Below are positions 10,590-21,900 of a stretch of DNA of 64,000 bases, piece after piece. The notes beneath the pieces were generated by a model. It worked only from the letters and a program-made list of their open reading frames with translations. It made no database searches and had not been told where the DNA came from. How positions within the stretch are numbered: position 1 is the first letter of the stretch; each line of letters opens with the position of its first letter. Both the position numbers and the translations under genes were made by a program. Source of the DNA: Squalus acanthias (lineage: Eukaryota); assembly GCA_030390025.1 (NCBI GenBank), contig JASTWF010000033.1, forward strand, positions 4,590,001 to 4,654,000, read 5' to 3'.

Positions 10590-12808
10590 CATTATCTCTC
10601 TCTCTCTCTCCAGGATCTTTCTGCAGTCTCTTCTCTCTCCAGTCTCTCTTTATTCCCTAGGCTCTCTCTCGCTGCTCCAGTCTCTCTCTCCAGTCTCTCT
10701 TTCTCTCCAGTCTCACTCTCTCCCCAATCTCTCTCTCTCCCCTAGTCTCTCTCTCTCTCTCTCTCTCCATTTTCTCTCTCCTCGAGGCTCTCTCTCTCTC
10801 CCAGTTTCTCTCTCTCTGAAGTCTCTCTCTCTCCGACAGTCAATATGTCTCTCCCCATTCTCTCCCTTCCCTCAGTCTCTCTCACACCAGTCTCTTTCTC
10901 TCCCCAAACACTCTCTCTCTCCAGTGTCTCTTTCTCTCCAGTCTCTCCCTCTCCCCAAACTCTCTCCCCCAGTCTCTCTCTCTCCCCATTCTCTCTCTCT
11001 CCCCTAGCCTCCCTCTCTCTCCCCAGTCTCTCTCTCTCCCCTAGTCTCTCTCTCCCCTAGTCTCCCTCTCTCTCTCCCCAGTCTCTCTCTCTCCCCAGTC
11101 TCTCACGCTCTGCTCCAGTTGCTCTCTCTCCAGACTATCTTTCTCTCCAGTCTCTCTCTTTACCCAATCTCTCCATCTCCCCAAACTCTCTCCCCTAGTC
11201 TCTCTCTCTGTCTCCAGTCTCTCACTCTCTCCAGTCTCTTTCTCTCCCCTAGTCTCTCTCTCTCTCCAGTCTCTCTCTCTCTCCAGTCTCTCTCTCTCCC
11301 CTAGTCTCTGTCTCTCTCTCCAGTCTCTCACTCTCTCCAGTCTCTCTCTCTCTCCAGTCTCTCTCTCTCCCCTAGTCTCTCTCTCTCTCCCCTAGTCTCT
11401 CTCTCTCCCCCGGTTTCTCGCTCTCTCCAGTCTCTCTCTCTCCCCTAGTCTCTCTCTCTCTCCCCTAGTCTCTCTCTCTCTCCCTCTAATCTCTCTCTCT
11501 CTCTCCAGTCTCTCTCTCTCTCCAGTCTCTCTCTCTCCCCTAGTCTCTCTCTCTCTCTCCAGTCTCTCTCTCTCTCCAGTCTCTCTCTCTCCAGTCTCTC
11601 TCTCTCTCCAGTCTCTCTCTCTCCCCTAGTCTCTCTCTCTCTCCAGTCTCTCTCTCTCCCCTAGTCTTTCTCTCTCTCCAGTCTCTCTCTCTCCCCTAGT
11701 CTCTCACTCTCTCCAGTCTCTATCTCTCCCCAGTCTCTCTCACCCTCCAGACTCTCTCTCTCTCCCCCCAGATTCTCTCTTCTCCCCCCAGTCTCTCTGT
11801 CTCTAGCCTAGTCGCTCTCTCTCTCTCCCCAGTCTCTCTCTCTCCCCAGTCTCTCTCTCTCCAGTCTCTCTCTCTCTCTCCAGTCTCTCTCTCTCTCTCC
11901 AGTCTCTCTCTCTCCCCTAGTCTCTCTCTCTCCAGTCTCTCTCTCTACCCTAGTCTCTCTCTCTCTCTCCAGTCTCTCTCTCTCCCCCAGTCTCTCACTC
12001 TCTCCAGTCTCTCTCTCTCTCCCCCTTAGTCTCTCTCTCTCTCTCCCCAGTCTCTCTCTCTCTCCCCAAGTATCTCTCTCTCTCTCCCCAGTCTCTCTCT
12101 CTCCCCAGTCTCTCTCTCTCCCCAGTCTCTCTCTCTCCAGTCTCTCTCTCTCTCTCCAGTCTCTCTCTCTCTCTCCAGTCTCTCTCTCTCCCCTAGTCTC
12201 TCTCTCTCCAGTCTCTCTCTCTACCCTAGTCTCTCTCTCTCCAGTCTATCTCTCTCTCTCCAGTCTCTCTCTCTCTCTCTCCAGTCTCTCTCTCTCCCCT
12301 AGTCTCTCTCTCTCCAGTCTCTCTCTCTCCCCCAGTCTCTCTCTCTCTCCAGTCTCTCTCTCTCCCCCAGTCTCTCACTCTCTCCAGTCTCTCTCTCTCT
12401 CCCCCTTAGTCTCTCTCTCTCTCTCCCCAGTCTCTCTCTCTCTCCCCTAGTATCTCTCTCTCTCTCCCCAGTCTCTCTCTCTCCCCAGTCTCTCTCTCTC
12501 TGCTCCAGTTGCTCTCTCTCCAGACTCTCTTTCTCTCCAGTCTCTCTCTTTACCCAATCACTCCATCTCCCCAAACTCTCTCCCCCAGTCTCTCTCTCTC
12601 TCCAGTCTCTCTCTCTCCACAGTCTCTCTCTGTCCAGTCTCTCTCTCTCTCTCCCCAGTCACTTTCTCTCTCCCGCGTCTCTCTCTCTCTTTGCCTGACT
12701 CTCTCTCTCCCCAGTCACTTTCTCTCTCCCGAGTCTCTCTCTCTCTCCGCCTGACTCTCTCTCTCCCCAGTCTCTTACTCCCCAGTCTCTCTCTCACTGC
12801 TCCAGTTG
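4851..12808 (+). repeat. Degenerate CT-rich simple satellite (cagt(ct)n cccc), with internal block duplications
   Basis: Polypyrimidine + strand; the block at ~4851-5050 recurs near 7870 and 8580. Confidence 0.95.
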
Positions 12809-14082
12809 AACATAAGAACATAAGAACATAAGAAATAGGAGCAGGAGTAGGCCAATCGGCCCCTCGAGCCTGCTCCGCCATTCAATAAGATCATGGCTGA
12901 TCTGATCCTAACCGCCAATCTACTATCTATCACAGAACCATCTCCTGCATCTAACAGAATTGCACACACAAAATAGGAGCAGAATCAGGCTACACAGTCC
13001 CTGGGCCCGCTCCACTACCCACAGGGCCATGACCGATCCGAACCTAGACTCATGTCCAAATTCCTGCCCGCTCCCCGTAACCCTTAATGCCCTTTACTTC
13101 TAGGAAACTGTCTATTTCTGTTTTAAATTTAATTAATGTTGTAGCTTCTACAGCTTTTTGTGGCAGCATATTCCATGGACCTACCACCCTCTGAGTGAAG
13201 TAGTTCCTCCTCATCTCAGTTTTGAAAGAGCAGCCCCTTATTCTAAGACTATGTCCCCTAGTTCTCGTCTCACCCGTCATCGGGAACATCCTCCCCGCAT
13301 CCACCCGATCCAACCCCTTCACAATCTTATATGTTTCAATAAGATCGCCTCTCATTCTTCTGAACTCCAATGAGTAGAGTCCCAATCTACCCAACCTCTC
13401 CTCATATGACCACCCCCTCATCCCCGGGATTAACCGAGTGAACCTTTTTTGCACTGCCTCGAGAGCAAGGATGTCTTTCCTTAAGTAAGGACACCAAAAC
13501 TGTATGCAGTATTCCAGGTGCGGTCTCACCAATACCTTGTACAACTGAAGCAATACCTCCCTATTTTTATATTCTATCCCCCTAGCAATGAAAGCCAACA
13601 TTCCATTTGCCTTCTTAATCACTTGCTGCACCTGCATACTAACCTTTTGAGTTTCGTGCACCAGGACCCCCAGATCCCTTTGCACTTCAGTACTCTCCAG
13701 TTTCTTGCCATTAAGATAATAAATTGCTCTAGGATTTTTCCTGCCAAAGTGCATCACCTCACACTTTCCAGTGTTGTATTCCATCTGCCAAATCTCTGCC
13801 CACTTACTTAGCCTGTCTATGTCCCCTTGCAGGTTTTTTATGTCCTCCTCACTCACTACTTTCCCTCCCATCTTAGTATCATCTGCAAATTTTGATATGT
13901 TACACTTGGTCCCTTCCTCCAAATCGTTAATATAGATTGTAAAGAGTTGGGGACCCAGCACTGACCCCTGTGGAACACCACTAGTTACTGATTGCCAGTC
14001 TGAGAATGAACCATTTATCCCAACTCTTTGCTTTCTGTTAGATAGCCAATCCTCTATCCATGCCAGAATATTACCCCCAATC
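12809..14082 (-). mobile_element. 5'-truncated young CR1 LINE (C-terminal RT, 3' UTR, (TTCTTATG)n tail)
   Basis: Open frame IGGNILAWIE..SGVPQGSVLGP..KFADDTK..RPHLEYC; aacataag repeats at left end. Confidence 0.95.
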
Positions 14083-17000
14083 TTCAGACTCTCTTTCTCT
14101 CCAGTCTCTCTCTTTACCCAATCTCTCCATCTCCCCAAACTCTCTCCCCCATTCTCTCTCTCTCTCTCTCTCCAGTCTCTCACTGTCCATATTCTGTCTC
14201 TCTATCCCCAGTCACGTTCTCTCGCCCGAGTCTCTCTTACTCTCTCCGGCTGACTCTCTCTCCCCAGTATCTCTCTCTCTCTGCTGCAGTTTATCACTCT
14301 GCTGTCTCTCTTTCTCTATAGTCTATCTCTCTCTCCCCAATTTATTTTCTCCCAGTCTCTCTGTCTCTCCGGACTTTCTCTCCCACAGTCTCTCTCCCTC
14401 TCCCCATTCTCCGTCTCCCCCAGACCCTCTCTCTCACCAGTCTCCCTCTCTCACTGCTTTCTATCTTGCCCCTAATACCTCTCTCTCCCCAAGTCTATCT
14501 CTCTCCCCCCAGTCTATCTCACTCTGCTCCAGCCTCTCTCTCCAGTCTCGCTTTCTCTCCCTAATCACTCTCACTTTCCACAGTCTCTCTCACCCCCAGT
14601 CTCTCTCTCTCCAGTCACCCTCTCCCCAGTATTTTACCCTCCCCATTCTCCAACTCACTCCAGTCCCTCTCTCTCCCCCATTATTTCTCTCCCTCCAGGC
14701 TCTCTCACTCCGACATTCTACCTCTCTCACCATTCTCCCTCTCTCCCCTTGACACTCACTTCTCTCCACTCTCTCTCTCCGACAGTCTCTCTCTCTCTCC
14801 CCCAATTCGCTCTCTCCCCATGTCTCTCTCTCTCACCCTGGCTCTCTCTGTCTCCAGTATCTCTCTCCCCAATCCCGCTCTCTCTCTCTAGTCTCTCTCT
14901 CTATCGCCATTCTCTCTCTCTTCCAAAGTCATTCCCTGTCTCCCCATTCTCTCTCTCTCCCCTGTCTCTCATCTCTCCAGTCTACTGTCTCTCCAGTCTC
15001 TCTCTCCCGCAGACTCTCTCTCCGTTTCTGCCCAGACCCTCACTCTCTCCCCGTCTCTCCCTGTCCCTCAGTATCTTTCGCTGCTCCAGTCTCTATCTCT
15101 CTCTCCAGTCCCACACTCTATCCAGTCTTTCTATCTCCCCAACCACACTCTCTCCCCATTCTCTCTCTCTCGCTCAGTCTATCTCTTTCTCCAGTCTCTC
15201 TCTCCCCAGTCTCTCTCTCTCTCCAATTTATCTTCTCCCAGTCTCTCTGTCTCTCCGGACTTTCTCTCCCACAGTCTCTCTCCCTCTCCCCATTCTCTGT
15301 CTCCCCCAGTCCCTCACTCTCAGCAGTCTCGCTCTCTCACTGCTTTCTATCTTGCCCCTAATCCCTCTCTCTCCCCCCGTCTATCTCTCTCTCCCCAGTC
15401 TATCTCACTCTGCTCCAGCATCTCTCTCCAGTCTCGCTTTCTCTCCATTCTCTCTCTCTCTCTAATCACTCTCTCTTTCCACAGTCTCTCTCACCCCCAG
15501 TCTCTCTCTCTCCAGTCACCCTCTCCCCAGTCTTTTGTCCCTCCCCAGTCTCCAACTCACTCCAGTCCCTCTCTCTCCCGCATTATTTCTCTCCCTCCAG
15601 GCTCTCTCACTCCGACATTCTACCTCTCTCACCATTCTCCCTCTTTCCCCTTGACACTCTCTTCTCTGCACTCTCTCTCTCCGACAGTCTCTCTCTCTCT
15701 CCCCCCATTCGCTCTCTCCCCATGTCTCTCTCTCTCACCCTTTCTCTCTCTGTCTCCAGTATCTCTCTCCCCAATCCCGCTCTCTCTCTAGTCTCTCTCT
15801 CTATCGCCATTCTCTCTCTCTTCCAAAGTCATCCCCTGTCTCCCCATTCTCTCTCTCTCCCCTGTATCTCATCTCTCCAGTCTACTGTCTCTCCAGTCTC
15901 TCTCTCCCGCAGACTCTCTCTCTTTTTCTGCCCAGTCCCTCACCCTCTCCCCGTCTCTCCCTGTCCCTCAGTATCTTTCGCTGCTCCAGTCTCTATCTCT
16001 CTCTCCAGTACCACACTCTATCCAGTCTTTCTATCTCTCCAACCACACTCTCTCCCCATTCTCTCTCTCTCGCTCAGTCTATCTCTTTCTCCAGTCTCTC
16101 TCTCCCCAGTCTCTCTCTCTCCCCAAGTTTCTCTCTCTCTCCAGTCTATCTCTCTCCGACAGTCTCCCTCTCTTTCCCCATTCTCTCTCTCTCACCCAAT
16201 CTCTCTCTCCCCGGTCTCTCTCTCTCTCCAAGTCCCTCTCTCTGCAGACTCTCTCTCCCACAGTCTCTCGCTCTCCTCCTATTGTCTCTCTCCCCCAATC
16301 CATCTCTGTCACCAGTCTCTCTCTGTCTGCTTTCTATCTTTCCCTAGTCCCTCTCACTCTCCAGTCTCTCTCTACCCCTGTCTCACACTCCTCCAGCCTA
16401 TCTCTCCCCAGTCTCTATATCACCCCAGTCTCTCCCACCACCAGTCTCTCTTTATCTCCAGTCTCTCTCTCTCCGCTGTCTCCCTCTCTCTCCCCAGTCT
16501 CTCTCTTTCCCTCAGTCACTCTCTTTAGCCAGTCTCTCTCTCCCCCAGCCTCTCCCGCTCTCTCCCAATATTGCACTCCCTGGTATCTCTCTATCCCTAA
16601 TCATTCACTCTACCCCAGTCTATCTCTCTCTCCAGTCTCACTCTCTCTCCAGTCTTTCTATTTCCCCAATCACACTGTCTCCCCATTTTCTCTCAGTTGC
16701 TCAGTCTCTCTCTCTCTCCAGTCTCTCTCTCTCCGACAGTCTATCTCTCTCTCCCCATTCTCTCTCTCACCCCAGTCTCTCTCTCTCCATTCTCTTTCTC
16801 TCCCACAGTCTCCCTCACTCACCATTCTCTTTCTTTCCCCAGGTTCTCTCTCACCAGTCCGACTCTCCCTGGCAGTATCTCTCTCTCTTCCCCCCCGCCC
16901 ATTCTCTCTCTCTCTCTCCGCAGTCAAACCATCTCCAGTGTCTCTCTCTCAGTCTTTCTCTCTCAAATTTCCCTCTCAATCTCCCCAGTCCCTTTCTCTC

Positions 17001-18449
17001 CCTCCCAAGTTTTTCAGTCTCTCTCCCCCTATCTCACTCTCCCCAGTCTCTATCTCTCTCTGCTCCAGTTCCTCTATCTCCAGACTCTCTTTCTCTCCAG
17101 ACTCTCTCTCTCCCCAATCTCTCTCTCTGCCAAGTCTCTCTCTCTACCCAGTCTCTCTGTATCTCCACTCTCTCACTCTCCCCCGTCTCTCTCTCTCCGA
17201 ATCTCTCTACCTCTGCAGACTCTCTCTCCCACAGTATCTCTCTCTCTGCCCCATTTAACGTTTATCACCAGTCTCTCTCTCTCTGCTTTCTATTTCTCCC
17301 CTCGTCCCTATCTCTCCCCAAGGCTCTCGCTCTCCCGCAGTTTCTCTCATTCTCCAGTCTCTCTCAACCCCAGTCTCACTCTACTACAATCTCTCTCTCC
17401 CCAGTCTTTCTCTCCCCAGTCACTCCCTCCCCCAGTATCTCTCTATCAAATTCTCTCTTTCTCCGCGCTCTCATTCCCCAGTCTCTCTCACTGCCCCGTC
17501 ACTCGCTCTCCAGCCTTTCTCTTCCCCAGTCTCTCTCACTCTCTCTCCCAATCTCGCACTCCCCAGTCTCTCTCTCTCCATTCTCTTTCTCTCCCACAGT
17601 CTCCCTCTCTCACAATTCTCTCTCTTTCCCCTGTCTCTCTCTCACCAGTCTGACTCTCTCCAGCAGTCTCTATCTCTCTCTCCCCATTCTCGCTCTCTCC
17701 CCATTCCTAACCTCTCCAGTGTCTCTCTCTCTAGTCTCTCTCACTAAAAACTATCTCTCTCTCTCCCCGTCCCTTTCTCTCCCTCTCAATCTTTCAGTCT
17801 CTCTCCCCCAAACTCTCTCTTCCCAGTCTCTCTCTCTCTGCTCCAGTTTCTCTCACTCCAGACTCTCTTTCTCTCCAGTCTCTCTCTCTCCCCAGTCTCT
17901 CTCTCTCTCCGAGTCTCTCGATGTCTCATATTCTCTCTCCCACAGTATCTCTCTCTCCCATTGTCTCTCTTCCCCATTCAATGTCTATCACCAGTCTTTC
18001 TCTCTCTGCTTTCTAGTTCTATCCTATTCCCTCTCCCTCCCCAAGGCTCTCGCTCTCCCGAATGCTCTCCCATTCTCCGGTATCTCTCTTCCCCCTTTCT
18101 CACTCTACTACAATCTCTCTCTCTCCCCATTCCTTTACTCCCCAGTCTCTCTCCCCCCCCCGTATCTCTCTATCTCCAGTCTCTCTCTCTCCGCTCTCTC
18201 TCTCCCCAGTCTCTCTCGCTCCCCCAGTCACTCTCTCTCTCCAGTCTTTCTCTTCTCCCAGTCTCTCTCACTCTCTCTCCCAGTCTCGCACTCCCTAGTC
18301 ACTCCCTCTCCATTCTCTCACTCTACCCCGGTCTCTCTCTCTCCAGTCTCACTCTCTTCCCCATTCTCTCTCTCCCCTAGGCGCTCTCTCTGTGCTAGGC
18401 TCTTACTTTCCCCCTGTCTCTCTGTCTCTACCAATTGTTTCCCCTGGCA
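14083..18449 (+). repeat. Degenerate CT-rich simple satellite (continued)
   Basis: Same composition; ~0.9-kb duplication ~14430-15250 vs ~15330-16130. Confidence 0.93.
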
Positions 18450-18768
18450 TGTGTGTCTAGAGTTAGTGGACTAATTCTCAGGATAAGGCGTCGACCATTT
18501 AAGACCGAGATGATGAGGAATTTCCTAAGTCAGACTGTTGTGAATCTTTGTAATTCTCTGCCCCAGACGGCTGTGACTGCTGATTCTTTCAGTATATTCA
18601 AGGCTGAGATAGATAGATTTTTGGACTCAAGGGGAATCAAGGGTTATGGAGTTCGGGCGGGAAAGTTGAGGTCGATGATCACCCATGACCTTATTGAAAG
18701 GTGGAGCAGGTTCGGGGCCCCGTATGGCCTACTCCTGTTCTAACTTCATATTTTCTTATGTTGTTATG
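18450..18768 (+). mobile_element. CR1 3' end fragment
   Basis: LRIRRRPFKTEMMRNF..WNSLPQ-like, FKAEIDRFLD..GIKGYG; CR1 3' UTR and decayed tail. Confidence 0.88.
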
Positions 18769-18955
18769 CTCTCTCTCTCTCCACCCCCAGTCTCTCTTTC
18801 TCTCTCTCTGCCAAAACTCTCTCTCTCTCTCCGAAGTCTCCCTCTCTTTCTCTCACTCACCCCAGTCTCTCTCTCTATCTCCCAGTCTTTCTCTCTCGCC
18901 CAGTCTCTCTCTCTCTACATATGTATCTCTCTCTTCCCAGCCTCTCTCTCTCCGC
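18769..18955 (+). repeat. Short CT-rich satellite remnant
   Basis: cagtctctct motifs. Confidence 0.85.
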
Positions 18956-21900
18956 TAAGTGAGAGTGAGATAGATACTGAGAGATAGTGAGACAGAGACT
19001 GAGAGATTGAGACAGAGACTGAGAGATAATGAGACAGAGACGGAGATTGAATGAGACCGAGACTGAGAGAGAGTGAGACCGAGACTGAGAGAGAATGAGA
19101 CCGAGACTGAGTCAGAGTGAGACCGAGACAAAGAGAGAGTGAGACCGAGACTGAGAGAGAGGGAGACCGAGACTGAGAGAGAGGGAGACCGAGACTGAGA
19201 GAGAGTGAGACCGAGACTGAGAGAGAGTGAGACCGAGACTGAGAGAGAGTGAGACCGAGACTGAGAGAGAGGGAGACCGAGACTGAGAGAGAGGGAGACC
19301 GAGACTCTGATGAGAGTGAGACCGAGATTGAGAGTGAGTGAGACCGAGACTGAGAGAGAGTGAGACCGAGACTAAGAGAGAGTGAGAACGAGTTTGAGAC
19401 AGAGTGAGACTGTGACTGAGAGAGAAACGGACCGAGACAAAGAGAGAGTGAGACCGAGAGTGAGAGAGAGTGATACCGAGACGGAGACAGAGTGAGACCG
19501 AGACTGAGAGAGAATGAGACCGAGACTGAGACAGAGTGAGACCGAGACTGAGAGAGAGTGAGACCGAGACTGAGAGAGAGTGAGACCGGGACTGAGAGAG
19601 AGTGAGAACGAGACTGAGAGAGAGTGAGACCGAGATTGAGACAGAGTGAGAGACCGAGACTGAGAGAGAGTGAGACCGGGACTGAGAGAGAGTGAGAACG
19701 AGACTGAGAGAGAGTGAGACCGAGATTGAGACAGAGTGAGAGACCGAGACTGAGAGAGAATGAGACCGAGACTGAGAGAGAGTGAGACCGGGACTGAGAG
19801 AGAGTGAGAACGAGACTGAGAGAGAGTGAGACCGAGATTGAGACAGAGTGAGAGACCGAGACTGAGAGAGAATGAGACCGAGACTGAGAGAGAGTGAGAC
19901 CGGGACTCTGATGAGAGTGAGAACGAGATTGAGAGTGAGTGAGAGACCGAGACTGAGAGAGCGTGAGACCGAGACTGAGTCAGAGTGAGACCGAGATTGA
20001 GAGTGAGTGAGAACGAGATTGAGACAGAGTGAGAACCGAGACTGAGAAAGAGTGAGACTGAGACTGAGACAGAGTGAGACCGAGACTGAGAGAGAGTGAG
20101 ACCGAGACTGAGACAGAGTGAGACCGAGACTGAGAGAGAGTGAGACCGAGACTGAGAGAGAGTGAGACCGGGACTCTGATGAGAGTGAGAACGAGATTGA
20201 GAGTGAGTGAGAGACCGAGACTGAGAGAGCGTGAGACCGAGACTGAGTCAGAGTGAGACCGAGATTGAGAGTGAGTGAGAACGAGATTGAGACAGAGTGA
20301 GAACCGAGACTGAGAAAGAGTGAGACTGAGACTGAGACAGAGTGAGACCGAGACTGAGAGAGAGTGAGACCGAGACTGAGACAGAGTGAGACCGAGACTG
20401 AGAGAGAGTGAGACCGAGACTGAGAGAGAGTGAGACCGGGACTGAGAGAGAGTGAGAACGAGACTGAGAGAGAGTGAGACCGAGATTGAGACAGAGTGAG
20501 AGACCGAGACTGAGAGAGAGTGAGACCGGGACTAAGAGAGAGTGAGAACGAGTTTGAGACAGAGTGAGACTGTGACTGAGAGAGAAACGGACCGAGACAA
20601 AGAGAGAGTGAGACCGAGAGTGAGAGAGAGTGATACCGAGACGGAGACAGAGTGAGACCGAGACTGAGAGAGAATGAGACCGAGACTGAGACAGAGTGAG
20701 ACCGAGACTGAGAGAGAGTGAGACCGAGACTGAGAGAGAGTGAGACCGGGACTGAGAGAGAGTGAGAACGAGACTGAGAGAGAGTGAGACCGAGACTGAG
20801 ACAGAGTGAGAGACCGAGACTGAGAGAGAGTGAGACCGAGACTGAGAGAGAGTGAGAACGAGACTGAGAGAGAGTGAGACCGGGACTGAGAGAGAGTGAG
20901 AACGAGACTGAGAGAGAGTGAGACCGAGACTGAGACAGAGTGAGAGACCGAGACTGAGAGAGAGTGAGACCGAGACTGAGAGAGAGTGAGAACGAGTTTG
21001 AGACAGAGTGAGACTGTGACTGAGAGAGAGAACGGACCGAGACAGAGAGAGAGTGAGACCGAGACTGAGAGAGAGTGAGACCGAGACGGAGACAGAGTGA
21101 GACCGAGACTGAGAGTGAATGAGACCGAGACTGAGAGCAGAGTGAGACCGAGACTGAGAGAGAGTGAGACCGAGACTGAGAGAGAGTGAGACCGGACTGA
21201 GAGAGAGTGAGAACGAGACTGAGAGAGAGTGAGACCGAGACTGAGAGCAGAGTGAGACCGAGACTGAGAGAGAGTGAGACCGAGACTGAGAGAGAGTGAG
21301 AACGAGACTGAGAGAGAGTGAGACCGAGACTGAGAGAGAGTGAGACCGAGACTGAGAGAGAATGAGACCGAGACTGAGAGAGAGTGAGACCGAGACTGAG
21401 AGAGAGTGAGAACGAGACTGAGAGAGAGTGAGACCGAGACTGAGACAGAGTGAGAGACCGAGACTGAGAGAGAGTGAGACCGAGACTGAGAGAGAGTGAG
21501 ACCGAGACCTGATGAGAGTGAGAACGAGACTGAGAGAGAGTGAGACCGAGACTGAGAGAGCGTGAGACCGAGACTGAGAGCAGAGTGAGACCGAGACTGA
21601 GAGTGAGTGAGAACGAGACTGAGACAGAGTGAGAACCGAGACTGAGAGAGAGTGAGACTGAGACTGAGAGAGAGTGAGACCGAGACTGAGAGAGAGTGAG
21701 ACCGAGACTGAGTGAGAGTGAGACCGAGACTGAGAGAGAGTGAGACGAGACTGAGAGAGAGTGAGACCGAGACTGAGAGAGAGTGAGACCGAGACTGAGA
21801 GAGAGTGAGACCGAGACTGAGAGAGAGTGAGACCGAGACTGAGAGAGAGTGAGACCGAGACTGAGAGAGAGTGAGACCGAGACTGAGAGAGAGTGAGACC

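Noticed and set aside
4677..18474. Long Ser/Leu-rich (+) and Arg/Glu-rich (-) ORFs
   Set aside because: Translations of stop-poor CT/GA low-complexity DNA; open in several frames with no domain features
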